A stretch of 64,000 bases of DNA from an uncultured Gammaproteobacteria bacterium (lineage in GTDB: Bacteria; Patescibacteriota; Patescibacteriia; UBA2196; GWA2-42-15), in contig CAZNIO010000001.1 of NCBI GenBank assembly GCA_964573135.1, positions 28,612-92,611 of the forward strand, written 5' to 3'. Under the pieces are notes generated by a model. The model had not been told where the DNA came from and made no database searches. It saw nothing but the letters and a program-made list of their open reading frames with translations. Shown piece by piece: positions 49,030 to 59,067 of this stretch (positions are counted from its first letter, which is position 1; each line of letters begins with the position of its first letter). A program made the translations under genes and the position numbers.

Positions 49030-49432
49030 ATGTTTGTACATTTCGTCTTCTTAAAGACGAAGGAACCGAGAATTTTTTTATTTTTATATTAATAACGAAA
49101 CGCGGCACCAAATACCGAATTGCTTACAGCCACGTCTACACTAGCCGCGCTCCGTTATTTTCGATTATATAGTAGCCAAAGCGGCATCATCTGGGCATTG
49201 TCTCAAACAGATACGGGAGGGTATATATGTGAGACAAAGGATACATAAGATGATGCCAACTTCGGCAAATTTCGCGAGCGTGAGGGCTATCCATTACTGT
49301 TCAACGAGGTCTTAACCGCGCCCTTTCTAATTCAAGACCAACCACATGGCAAAACAAGGGCTCCTCACGCTCACATTTCATCTACGGCAACATTACCAGA
49401 TTCTTAAAAAATGTCAATAGCCACGTAACAGC

Positions 49433-49458
49433 CAAAAAGCCCCGTCATTGACGGGGCT
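49433..49458 (-). terminator. Rho-independent terminator downstream of the 1526-aa gene
   Basis: Minus-strand hairpin AGCCCCGUCAAUGACGGGGCU followed by UUUUU. It lies 25 nt past the stop codon. Confidence 0.65.
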
Positions 49459-49482
49459 CTAACATTAATTAGCTAATATTAG

Positions 49483-52400
49483 CTAAAAACACTTACACCA
49501 ATATATTAAATACTCAAGTACAAAGACCAATACACTTACAGCCACAATACTTAATATCAATAAATTAAATGCTACCTTGTCTTTCTTGGTTAATCCTAAT
49601 ATAAAGGCCAAGGCGCACAAGGCGTATATAATAATCACTCCTACCCAGCCCATCGGGCTAAATCCCTGGCAAAATATTAAGGTAATAACTGGAGCCAAGG
49701 TAGCGAGTACTGCCACGCTTGTCCTCCTGGCTACATCCGAAGTATCTGCCATTAGCCAATGCATTGCGAATAAGGTTCCAAAATATGCCAGCAATACTAA
49801 AGCCAAAGGCAAAGCCGATAAATTACCAATTAAGAATAAAATTAGAAATATTACTACCATGCCCAGTATACCTGGCCACCACCAAATCCAACTACCCTTA
49901 AATTGAAATTTATCATTTTCTTCATTTTCTTTTGGCTTATCAAATTTACTGTCTGTCTCTTCACCTGGATCAAATGCTCCACCTTCTTTATCATCTTCAC
50001 CAGATGCTAGGAAATAGTAATAAACAGCCAATACTATAACATGTACTAAAGCTACTAGCAACCACATCCACCATAAAGATCCATCGTCACACTTAGTTGT
50101 CCCTAAAACTTCTCCATTTTTATCATCATCGCCGGCTACCTCTCCATTCTCTTTCTCAGTTTCATCAGTTGTGGCAGCTGAAGAAACCTCAATTTCTTCT
50201 GGAGTGCCACCTGTTGGAGTACCGCCAGTCGTTCCTGTTCCACCCACAGCTCCTCCTTCTTCTCCGCCACCTGTACCGCCTTCTTCTTCCTCAGGCCCAC
50301 CGCCCACTCCTGCAAAAAAGATATCTTCAAGCATTGAACCCATGTCATTGGCTTGATCAAAGACTACTGATACTTGAGTTATTGCTTCACCTTCATTTTC
50401 TGCTAATACTTCAATTGCAAAAATTTGGTCACTGCCCACACTTAGGGCGCTCATATCCCAAGTAGCAACTTGGGTGCTGGTCGTATAGGAAGTCCAAGCA
50501 GGATTAGCCCCTACAAAACTCAACTTATCTTCAGGTAAATCTACGGTCAATATTTCATTTGTTAATATTATATTTCCCGTATTCGAGACGACGATTGTTT
50601 CGGTGTATACTTCACCTACCTCTTTAATTAAATCATATGTTAAATCCAATTCCACATCAGGCCGTGAGGTAAAGCTACCTCCACCGCCTCCGCTACTCTT
50701 TTCTTCTAAAATACATGAAGAATTACATTGATACCCATCTGGAGCACTACCATCACATTCTTCCTCTCCATTAACTATATTATCTCCACAATAACCAGAA
50801 TAGTAGTTATAGAAATCAATAGTAGTTGTGGGTACTTCTTCTACTAAGTTAAATGCATAATATAAGGGATCTATAGGATAAGTCTGTGACCAGCCATTCT
50901 GGGCTGTCTCAGACACCTTATAATCCCCGCTAACTAGCTCCGTAAACCTATAACAACCAAAATATTCAGATTGCTCATCACTCTCAGTACTCTGCCGATC
51001 CACTTCTACAAAGCTGCTCTCTTCCTCTCTCTCCAAAACCATTTCAAATCCACCTACCTTTTCTTCTCCATCATCCAATACCCCATTATTATTCACATCA
51101 TCATATTTACAGCCAAATATATATCCTTCTGGCCCATCGTAGTAGTTTATAAAATTAGTTGTGGTGGCTGTACCAGATATAAGGGTAAATGAACTTGAGG
51201 TTGCCGATAATGCAGTCCAATATGTTGGACTATCTTCAATTACCGTATAATCTCCAGGAATTAAACCATTAAATTCATAATATCCATCCACATCTGTTGT
51301 AGTTGTGGCCACTGGTATTGAATCCGAGCTAGAATTAAATAAATTAATCAACCAATCAGATTTTAATACCCTATCACCCGCAGTTTCTGAATCTCCATCC
51401 ATATCCTCATGCTTATACCCTGAAATGGTTGAATACTCTGTGTTATAATATGAAACTTCTACAGTTTGATCCGTTGCCACATTAAATGAATGACCCTGCA
51501 ATTCATCATTCAATAAATACCAATTATCTCTTACCTCTTCAGTAACTGTATGATTACCCGGTACTACGCTAAATAGAGCATAACCATTAACTGTTGTAGT
51601 TGCTGTAGAGCTAGTCGCTCCAGAATCAACCGTAAAACTCCAATCCGAAACTGGAAAAATATCACTATTTGGATTCTCAGTTGAACCATCCATATCTTTA
51701 TATTTCCAAATCTTAAGATATCCGGGTAAAATAGGGGGTCCGGTTCCACAACTGGCGTCAGCTACGTTTTGAGTTGTATCTGTACAATATGTATGTTCAG
51801 TTAAATTATTTCTTGTTTGCTCTCGCTGTGTTGAAGACACGCATGCTCCATCTACCCAGGGGGAATAATCACAATTACAATCTGTATCTGGCTCTTCTTG
51901 ATTATATACTCCGCCACATGTCGGATCATTCCATGAATAATATACTGTTGCATATCCGTCTGACACACACATTCGATCATCTTCACTTTCAACGCAATCA
52001 ATACCGCCACAGGCGTCATTTACCGCCCCAGGTGTACCTGAATCTCCTGCGCCATAAGTAGATGACGATTCACACCAATTGGATCCAACGTTATTATCCA
52101 AATTAGGATTTGAAAGAATCATTGATTTACCAGGATATTGAATCGGGAATCCGCTATTGTATTCTACTCTGTCAATTTCCACGCCATTGCAGGTCAAAAC
52201 TACCTCATCAGCTAAATTGCCAAGCACAAAGCTAGTATATTTATAATCACCAGATACCCCACCATTACTTCCAGTATCGTCGTCTCTGACAAGAACTATA
52301 TACCCGTCCTGAGAAATCAATAAAGATGAACCAATAATATGTAAATTTCCATTGTTATCACTTATCTCACACCCTTGTAAATCTAAAACCTTATCCGAAT

Positions 52401-54063
52401 TATTATATAATTCAAACCATTCACCATAAATATCTGAAACCTTGCCAGGATTTTGCATTATTTCATTAATAACTATATCCCCAGGCTGGATACCTTCTGG
52501 GGCATCTGTTTCATTATTATCTGTTCCACTATCACACCCTGGATCATCTGAATAATCAATTTTACCATCTATGTCATTGTCAACTCCGTCATTACATTGA
52601 TAAGTAATCACACACTGGCTAGAACATCCATCTCCGTCATCCAAATTCCCATCATCACATTCTTCTCCAGCCTCCAAAGTGCTATTACCGCATACTGGAT
52701 CAGATATTTCAATGATACATTGTGCTGAGCATCCGTCATCATCATCTGTATTTCCATCATCGCAGTCTTCCCCATCTTCTTGAATATTATTTCCACATTC
52801 TGGATCAGCTATTTCTACCACACACTGGCTAGAACATCCATCTCCGTCATCCAAATTGCCATCATCGCATTCTTCTCCTGCATCATCAATACTATTTCCG
52901 CATTCTGGATAATAGTTAGCAAAATCCTGATCTGCTACATCATTATGTCCTGCAATAGTCACTGCATAGCTTTCGCTTTGAGGATAAGTCTGCGCCCAAC
53001 CTAGTTGTGGGGTTTCAGATATTGTATAATCCCCGTCTTCCAAACCAGAAAAAGTGTAACATCCGTCAATAGTTGTTTGCGTAGTAGTTGCTACTCCATT
53101 ATTCAAATTTATTTCCCAATCTGATATCGTCAGCTCATCCTGATCAATTTCTCCGTTATTATTCACATCATTGTATTTACACCCGGAAACTGAACCATAC
53201 TCACAAATTTGTTGTGAAATATCTTCATAAATACCAGTCAAGTCATCACCGCTAGGTGCATGATGATATGTAGCTCCAGTAGTATTGGCAATATTTTGTA
53301 ACATTCCTTCATTAATATCACCGTTACTTCCCAGCCCAATCGTAAATATCTTATAACCCAAATTAGCTGCTTCTTCTGCTTTGCTTTCAGCATAAGTCAC
53401 ATCAGCCGGATACTCATCATAGCCATAACCATTTGGCTTGTTGGCCTTGCCATCAGTCAAAAGAATCATCACTTTAGTCGCCTGAGGATTGGCTCTTTCA
53501 GAAACTAATTCCCCAATACCAAAATTTATTGCATCACCAATATTAGTCGCACCGCCTGACACCAAACTGTCAACTGCACTCTTGGTTGCACTATGATTAC
53601 CGCTCAACGCCTGGTTAAGTAAAGCAAAATCACTAAAAGACACCAAAGCAGACTGATCGTTCACGCCCATATTATTTACAAAGGCTTTAGCTGCGTCTTT
53701 AGCTGCATTAATTTTACTCTGAGAGGCTGGGGTATAGCTATAACCAGTACAAGGTAAACCACTTTCCTGAGTAGCACACCACTCCTCACTTACACCTTCT
53801 TGTACATAGGGAACACAAGAGGGGGGCTCATACTCGTACCACTCGCATCTGCTTGGTGCTTCCCCGTCCGTCATACTCCCTGATCTATCCATAATCAAAA
53901 CCACATCAACTGCCACTTCACACAAATCATCTACTGGTTGCACCGCCGATGCCGTTGGCACAGGCACAGACGCAACGCCAGTAAAAAAAGAACCAAACAC
54001 CAACATAAAAATAGAAAAACAAGTGACGAGCTTGGATATCCTTTTTTTGGCTAATAAATACAT
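49483..54063 (-). CDS. Giant multi-domain surface protein with a C-terminal multi-TM anchor. Domains: VWA, Myxococcus-type Cys-rich repeats, lamin-tail domain and SdrD-B-like repeats.
   Basis: Signal-like N-terminus. VWA with a MIDAS motif (DVVLIMDRSGSM...T..G). Three tandem CGNxxxExGEECDDGNxDDGDGCSxQC repeats. LTD (GDIVINEIMQNPGKVSDIYGEWFELYN). Several G.Y.F.GL..GDY.V.E SdrD-B-like modules. A Gly-rich segment, then 4-5 C-terminal TM helices. 1526 aa. Confidence 0.7.
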   Translation of the reverse strand: MYLLAKKRISKLVTCFSIFMLVFGSFFTGVASVPVPTASAVQPVDDLCEVAVDVVLIMDRSGSMTDGEAPSRCEWYEYEPPSCVPYVQEGVSEEWCATQESGLPCTGYSYTPASQSKINAAKDAAKAFVNNMGVNDQSALVSFSDFALLNQALSGNHSATKSAVDSLVSGGATNIGDAINFGIGELVSERANPQATKVMILLTDGKANKPNGYGYDEYPADVTYAESKAEEAANLGYKIFTIGLGSNGDINEGMLQNIANTTGATYHHAPSGDDLTGIYEDISQQICEYGSVSGCKYNDVNNNGEIDQDELTISDWEINLNNGVATTTQTTIDGCYTFSGLEDGDYTISETPQLGWAQTYPQSESYAVTIAGHNDVADQDFANYYPECGNSIDDAGEECDDGNLDDGDGCSSQCVVEIADPECGNNIQEDGEDCDDGNTDDDDGCSAQCIIEISDPVCGNSTLEAGEECDDGNLDDGDGCSSQCVITYQCNDGVDNDIDGKIDYSDDPGCDSGTDNNETDAPEGIQPGDIVINEIMQNPGKVSDIYGEWFELYNNSDKVLDLQGCEISDNNGNLHIIGSSLLISQDGYIVLVRDDDTGSNGGVSGDYKYTSFVLGNLADEVVLTCNGVEIDRVEYNSGFPIQYPGKSMILSNPNLDNNVGSNWCESSSTYGAGDSGTPGAVNDACGGIDCVESEDDRMCVSDGYATVYYSWNDPTCGGVYNQEEPDTDCNCDYSPWVDGACVSSTQREQTRNNLTEHTYCTDTTQNVADASCGTGPPILPGYLKIWKYKDMDGSTENPNSDIFPVSDWSFTVDSGATSSTATTTVNGYALFSVVPGNHTVTEEVRDNWYLLNDELQGHSFNVATDQTVEVSYYNTEYSTISGYKHEDMDGDSETAGDRVLKSDWLINLFNSSSDSIPVATTTTDVDGYYEFNGLIPGDYTVIEDSPTYWTALSATSSSFTLISGTATTTNFINYYDGPEGYIFGCKYDDVNNNGVLDDGEEKVGGFEMVLEREEESSFVEVDRQSTESDEQSEYFGCYRFTELVSGDYKVSETAQNGWSQTYPIDPLYYAFNLVEEVPTTTIDFYNYYSGYCGDNIVNGEEECDGSAPDGYQCNSSCILEEKSSGGGGGSFTSRPDVELDLTYDLIKEVGEVYTETIVVSNTGNIILTNEILTVDLPEDKLSFVGANPAWTSYTTSTQVATWDMSALSVGSDQIFAIEVLAENEGEAITQVSVVFDQANDMGSMLEDIFFAGVGGGPEEEEGGTGGGEEGGAVGGTGTTGGTPTGGTPEEIEVSSAATTDETEKENGEVAGDDDKNGEVLGTTKCDDGSLWWMWLLVALVHVIVLAVYYYFLASGEDDKEGGAFDPGEETDSKFDKPKENEENDKFQFKGSWIWWWPGILGMVVIFLILFLIGNLSALPLALVLLAYFGTLFAMHWLMADTSDVARRTSVAVLATLAPVITLIFCQGFSPMGWVGVIIIYALCALAFILGLTKKDKVAFNLLILSIVAVSVLVFVLEYLIYWCKCF

Positions 54064-54116
54064 AGTACTTTTATTAATTTTAATTTAATAATTTATAATT
54101 CCAGAAATATTCTGGT

Positions 54117-55079
54117 TTAATTTGCACTTTGAACTTTTTTCTTTGGATTGTTTTTTTGTATATATACTCTTACAATCCTAATAATTATCACTAAAATACT
54201 CACGATAACAGCTAAAGCTATTAAATAAACCCAACTATTCATATCGCTTGCTCCTTTCACAATACCGCCCCAAAAACCCGTATTATTAAGTGTGAAAAAA
54301 AACTGATCGCGATGCTTCTCTTCTCCATTAAGAGTAATAATAGCCTCAACCCTATATTTACCCTGTTTTAAATCATCTGTATTACGCACAACCTCAATCA
54401 CCTTCGTTGCACGTGGGCGAACAGGTGCTTCCATTTCAGGATAAGGATAAATAACATTAAAAATTTCCTTTTCAGAAGAATCAAATATTTTAACCTGTGC
54501 ATTTGGCCTAATGGCAATATTCCCATTATTTGTGTAAATCATCTTTATTTTTAAAGGTGTATTCTTCTTAACAACATATTTTTCGGGCATTACTGTCGCT
54601 TTAAAATCAACGATCTCTTCATCAGTTACAACTATTTTAACTGGTCGATCAAATTTTTGGGCAATACCCACAACAAATTCCCCCTCATCTCCCTCACTAG
54701 AAGATGGGGAAATAAGAGCTACTAAAGATCCATTATATTCACCATTCGGCGTATCATCAGGTATTCTTATAAATACCCTTGCCTTAGCCCACTCCTCGGA
54801 CAAAGCAGTAATTTCAGTTATTAAGCCCTCTATATCACCTGACTGCTTATAAGAAACCCAATCAGCTATATCACCTTCCGCACTGAGCTTAAAAACAATC
54901 TCGGAATCACTTGTATTAACCAAACTCAATAATTCCTCAACTTCCTGCCCACGCATAGCGTCTTCTATCTCAATTGATTGAGAAATAATGCCAGAAGCAG
55001 ACACAAATAAAGGCATTATTAAACTGAATACACCAAGTATTACAATAGCTTTACCTATATTTTTCTTATTTATATTCAT
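54117..55079 (-). CDS. Hypothetical exported protein with a C-terminal TM anchor
   Basis: 320 aa with a signal peptide and one C-terminal TM. It sits immediately upstream of the giant gene on the same strand. Confidence 0.45.
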   Translation of the reverse strand: MNINKKNIGKAIVILGVFSLIMPLFVSASGIISQSIEIEDAMRGQEVEELLSLVNTSDSEIVFKLSAEGDIADWVSYKQSGDIEGLITEITALSEEWAKARVFIRIPDDTPNGEYNGSLVALISPSSSEGDEGEFVVGIAQKFDRPVKIVVTDEEIVDFKATVMPEKYVVKKNTPLKIKMIYTNNGNIAIRPNAQVKIFDSSEKEIFNVIYPYPEMEAPVRPRATKVIEVVRNTDDLKQGKYRVEAIITLNGEEKHRDQFFFTLNNTGFWGGIVKGASDMNSWVYLIALAVIVSILVIIIRIVRVYIQKNNPKKKVQSAN

Positions 55080-55169
55080 ATTTGTTATTTATTAATAATA
55101 TTAATAACCTCCTAATTTTGAAACGACTTTTAAGAGGACTAAAGCCAAACACTACTTAGCTGTAATCCT

Positions 55170-55197
55170 CTTAAGGAGTGTTAAAACACTCCTTAAG
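55170..55197. repeat. Perfect 13-bp-arm palindrome (CTTAAGGAGTGTT-AA-AACACTCCTTAAG) in an intergenic region
   Basis: Seen directly. It lies between two co-oriented secreted-protein genes. Candidate terminator, attenuator or protein-binding site. Confidence 0.5.
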
Positions 55198-55214
55198 TTT
55201 CAAATTACCAAATA

Positions 55215-56459
55215 CTACTTACTGCATGTTCTAAATTCTGCTTTTTGGCTTGAAAGAGTCATTTCACCAGAACCAGCAAGATTAGGCCACTGTTTAATCA
55301 TGATTTGGAAATCAATTTTTTCATCTTCAGATAGATCTAAAATATCTTCCAAAGTGGCTGTTTCATAAGGGGTATATTCCCACCAATCTGCCTCTTCGTG
55401 CCCAAGTCTGGCACGATAAGCAACATTATATGACAAATCAGACTGCTGGCCGAATTCCATATCATCCTGGTATACATCTATGTAAAGACGCACATTACCA
55501 AGATTTCTAATGGTTGGCATGTCAACTGTTGCCATATCTTGATCGCCATGAGGACCATACCATTGATTCAAGTTATCAACAATTCCATAATTAACACCAA
55601 CTTGATCAAAATCAACTTCAAAAGACTTTAATTCCAAATAAGTCATTAAGTTTGTGACTTCATCTTTTAAAGTATTGTCGTTTTGAGCCTTAACATGAAT
55701 TGTATATTCACCTGCTGGATCCTCATAATAAAGGCTTCTTGTCCCACAGTAAACATATGCTTGTTCCTGAGGTAGTGTAACTCCGCAGATTTCATTATAC
55801 TCATCATTGGTATAAAAATGGGTTAGATTACCACTATGATAATCTTTAATATTAGCAGAATTAACACTGCCGTCAGCTCTAGTACCACAGAATAATTCTA
55901 GTCCATCTTCTTTTGTCAACTGAGTCAATTCAAGTTCGTTACCGAAAACGTCCTGAAAACAACCTGTGTCTGAAGGATCATAACCAGTTGAAGGTACATC
56001 CTGAGGTGTTAATACGCTTGTTGCGGGGCCACCATCGATTTGATCAGCTATAGTGGAATGAGGATGAAAGCCATATCCTATTGGATAATGAACTTCGTTA
56101 ACCCAAACACCAGCCAAATCTTGATTGCCACTACTGTTAGTTACACCATCTGTAACGATGGCACAAACTGTAAAAGGAACGCGACTTTCAAATAATCCGC
56201 TAGGACTTAGTTGAGTGAACGGATTAGTGCTATCATCTCTATCTGTATCATCCATATATGCAGGTGCCACTGATCCATTATCAAAACCTATCGCACTTTT
56301 TGTTTCCCATTTAGCCAAAATAATAGGAGCTGAGCCGCCTGTACCACCTTGCACAACGCTAGTCGGAACGGTAGTTGGAGTACCAGCTGCGACAGCAGGA
56401 ACACCTACCATACTAAATGTCAAAGCAAAAAGCAATGACATTATAAATAATTTTTTCAT
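55215..56459 (-). CDS. Hypothetical secreted protein
   Basis: 414 aa with a signal peptide (MKKLFIMSLLFALTFSMVGVPAVAAG). No TM elsewhere. Confidence 0.45.
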   Translation of the reverse strand: MKKLFIMSLLFALTFSMVGVPAVAAGTPTTVPTSVVQGGTGGSAPIILAKWETKSAIGFDNGSVAPAYMDDTDRDDSTNPFTQLSPSGLFESRVPFTVCAIVTDGVTNSSGNQDLAGVWVNEVHYPIGYGFHPHSTIADQIDGGPATSVLTPQDVPSTGYDPSDTGCFQDVFGNELELTQLTKEDGLELFCGTRADGSVNSANIKDYHSGNLTHFYTNDEYNEICGVTLPQEQAYVYCGTRSLYYEDPAGEYTIHVKAQNDNTLKDEVTNLMTYLELKSFEVDFDQVGVNYGIVDNLNQWYGPHGDQDMATVDMPTIRNLGNVRLYIDVYQDDMEFGQQSDLSYNVAYRARLGHEEADWWEYTPYETATLEDILDLSEDEKIDFQIMIKQWPNLAGSGEMTLSSQKAEFRTCSK

Positions 56460-56865
56460 AAATTTTATATTTACTAATAATATAATATATTAAAGTATCT
56501 CTCAAAGAGCGAAACGACCTACCAATTCGTAAAGAAACGAACTGACAGGTGAGATCTCTCTAATCTTTGAAAAGATAGCTAATATATTCTTTCTAAAGAC
56601 TGAATTCGCCAGATCTTGGAATACAGTCTTAAATAGCCCCGACCTTTCATTTTCCCGCATATGCGGGATAAATGGCTTAGGATAACAAATATATTCATAT
56701 TTCCTATCCCAAGCCATTAAAAAACACCCTTAGCTAAAATAATCTGGATAATTCATATATTATTGAATTATTCACATTATTTTTTCTAAAGGCGTTTATG
56801 TCTATATATTGCAGACGTTTTGTACCTATAATGAATTATTTAGTTGTAATTATTCAGTAAGTTAA

Positions 56866-57111
56866 TTAATAACTGTCATCCTCATAATTACTAACTTCTC
56901 GTAATTCACCGTGGTACCCGTCCGTAGCTTGGTCATACACTTTACAATGTAATATTATCTCCTGTTTGGTTAATGTAAGAATATTTAAAGATTTACATTT
57001 GGGACATTTCTTCTCTTCTTTGAGCATGCCTTCTATCTTAGCGATATTGGCAAAATGATAAAAACATTTTGCACAACGCCACATATACATATAGTTCTGT
57101 GCTTGAGACAT
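56866..57111 (-). CDS. Small zinc-ribbon protein (hypothetical)
   Basis: 81 aa with CxxC...CPKC pairs. Confidence 0.35.
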   Translation of the reverse strand: MSQAQNYMYMWRCAKCFYHFANIAKIEGMLKEEKKCPKCKSLNILTLTKQEIILHCKVYDQATDGYHGELREVSNYEDDSY

Positions 57112-57466
57112 AATTACTCGTATTTATTATATAAATAAACTGCTCTAAACAAAAAAACAAGATCCCTCTATCCCCTCTTCCTTGTGTCCTAACCTATTCC
57201 ATTCTAAAATTTTATGATCTTGTTTCTAAAAATGTAACCCAAATTGTATTCATTATCTTAACACTCTTTATATAGAAGGGCAAATTGATTTATACCCAGA
57301 AATTTTTGCTAATAATAAGGGGAAAAAGAAATACTGTGGATAACTAAAAACTACAATTAAAAAACCCTCTGCAAAATATACAAATCTTTGCAAAGGGTTT
57401 TTTTATTTAATCGGAGGAAAACTCGATTTATCCACCTCTATCCCGTAGAGGTATCCCGTCTATAAT

Positions 57467-57994
57467 TCATCCATTGTAACTGCGGCTAACCGAGTTATGC
57501 GACATCACGCTTGAATGGATTTCATTATAATGGATTACATCATTATCAGAAATGAGCAGGTTGGCGTTTACTGAATTTAAATTCATGTTAACTGATGGAG
57601 CACGTGCTCGCATACTTGAAATCACCATGGTTAAATTATCGACACTATTGCTTTCAGCTCTAACAATTGGCTGATTTGCGATAGTCGCCGCGACTATTAC
57701 TTCCAGAGAATCTGATACCATCATTGTATCTTTTTTACCTTCAGAGATAACAGCCATCAATATTGTGGTTTCTGTACTGTTCATCTCGGATAACGCAGCT
57801 TCTGATAAATTGACTAAATTAGTATCTAAAATTTTGAAATTATCGACGGACATTGCGTCATGCTGTGCCGATACCATTACGCCTTTTTCGCCATCATGGC
57901 TTAATACCGTTTCAGTTTGTACTGTTTGTGATGTGGTCAATAAAACTAAAATCACAATCATTAAAGCCAAGAAACGAGGGATTTTGTTTCCCAT
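57467..57994 (-). CDS. Hypothetical secreted protein (Cys-free, S/N/V/M-rich)
   Basis: 175 aa with a signal peptide. A GGAGG RBS lies 8 nt upstream. A hairpin+U-run terminator lies downstream. Confidence 0.4.
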   Translation of the reverse strand: MGNKIPRFLALMIVILVLLTTSQTVQTETVLSHDGEKGVMVSAQHDAMSVDNFKILDTNLVNLSEAALSEMNSTETTILMAVISEGKKDTMMVSDSLEVIVAATIANQPIVRAESNSVDNLTMVISSMRARAPSVNMNLNSVNANLLISDNDVIHYNEIHSSVMSHNSVSRSYNG

Positions 57995-58589
57995 AAGAAA
58001 CCTCCATAATTAAGAAGATTAAAATCCTCTGTTACTGTGATTTAATAAAACTATTAAAACAATAGTCTCACCTCCTTTCATATTTTTTGTGGGGTTTTTT
58101 TATATTTTTTTATTGGTTTTATTTGCTCTTTCAGTATACCAAACAGCCGATATAAGGCAAACAACGCATAAATAAAACAAAAAAACCTTTGTCTTATTCT
58201 TGTAAAATTAGCAACATTTTGCTAATCTATATATAGAACACAAGCCTAATTTACGTTGTTTTCTACTTTTCACATAAATATATAATAAAAAAATATAACA
58301 TCAAATAAGAAAGGAAACGAAATGAATGAAGTAACCATCTGTCGACTATGTGCAATAGGAGGGGCTATCATCCTAATAGCCACCTGCCTACTGACACGAA
58401 ATTACTCCGCATCCGCTAGAATAATAATTAGCTGCGGAGTGGTAGCAATTTTAGGAAGAACAAATTGCTTTTCATTGTTCTTCATCCACCACAAAAATAC
58501 AAATATAAAATCACCCGAGTAGGTCCGGGTGACCTTGCCCTAAAAAACCGTTAGAGAGAAGCCCTTCTCTTTTCTTTAACGGTTTTATA

Positions 58590-59066
58590 TTACCTACTAA
58601 TTATCTGAATAATATCATCCTCATCATATTGATTTAATCCCACCCCATTTGGTCCATACGACCCCACTACCGCCCTATCAACCCCGTCTACCTCATAATC
58701 ACTATCAAAAAAATAGTTATTTCCCCATGGATCCGCAGTTAAAATTTGGATATATGGACCTCTCCAATTGGGAAAACTGCCATCAGTTCTTTTTATACCC
58801 GCCACAGGCAAAAACAAATTTACAATCTCGTTATTATCACACGACCCACTACATGCCACATATGGCGTTTGATGACCCGGCCATTGCCTAGAATCTAATG
58901 CCAAAGCATCAATTGCTTTAGCAATTGTCGCTACATCAGCTTCAGCCTTTGTTTTTTTGGCATATTTTTTAGCATAATGACTACCACCCATGACTATGGT
59001 TGCTAAAAGAGCAATAATACCAATGACTACAAGTATTTCAATTAGAGTAAAACCTTTTTTCTCCAT
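58590..59066 (-). CDS. Type IV pilin / pseudopilin (prepilin-type N-terminal methylation domain)
   Basis: MEKKGFTLIEILVVIGIIALLATIV: class III signal, G-F-T-L-I-E. 158 aa. Confidence 0.8.
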   Translation of the reverse strand: MEKKGFTLIEILVVIGIIALLATIVMGGSHYAKKYAKKTKAEADVATIAKAIDALALDSRQWPGHQTPYVACSGSCDNNEIVNLFLPVAGIKRTDGSFPNWRGPYIQILTADPWGNNYFFDSDYEVDGVDRAVVGSYGPNGVGLNQYDEDDIIQIISR

Positions 59067-59067
59067 A

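Noticed and set aside
48650-49482. tmRNA (ssrA) or tRNA in the large ORF-free region
   Set aside because: I could not find a tRNA-like T-arm (GGTTCGANTCC), a CCA-proximal acceptor pairing or a tag-peptide reading frame by eye. It is left as an unclassified structured region.
50097-50465. ORFs 50097..50465(+), 50136..50360(-) and 50171..50356(+), proline/leucine-rich
   Set aside because: They are inside the Gly/Thr/Pro-rich low-complexity segment of the giant surface-protein gene. Repeat-induced alternative-frame ORFs.
52560-52930. Near-identical ~105-nt tandem DNA repeats
   Set aside because: They encode the three Cys-rich protein repeats of the giant gene and stay in frame. Not a CRISPR array or satellite.
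56502-56717. 71-aa ORF 56502..56717(-)
   Set aside because: No RBS, odd composition, and it lies in an AT-rich intergenic region. Probably non-coding.
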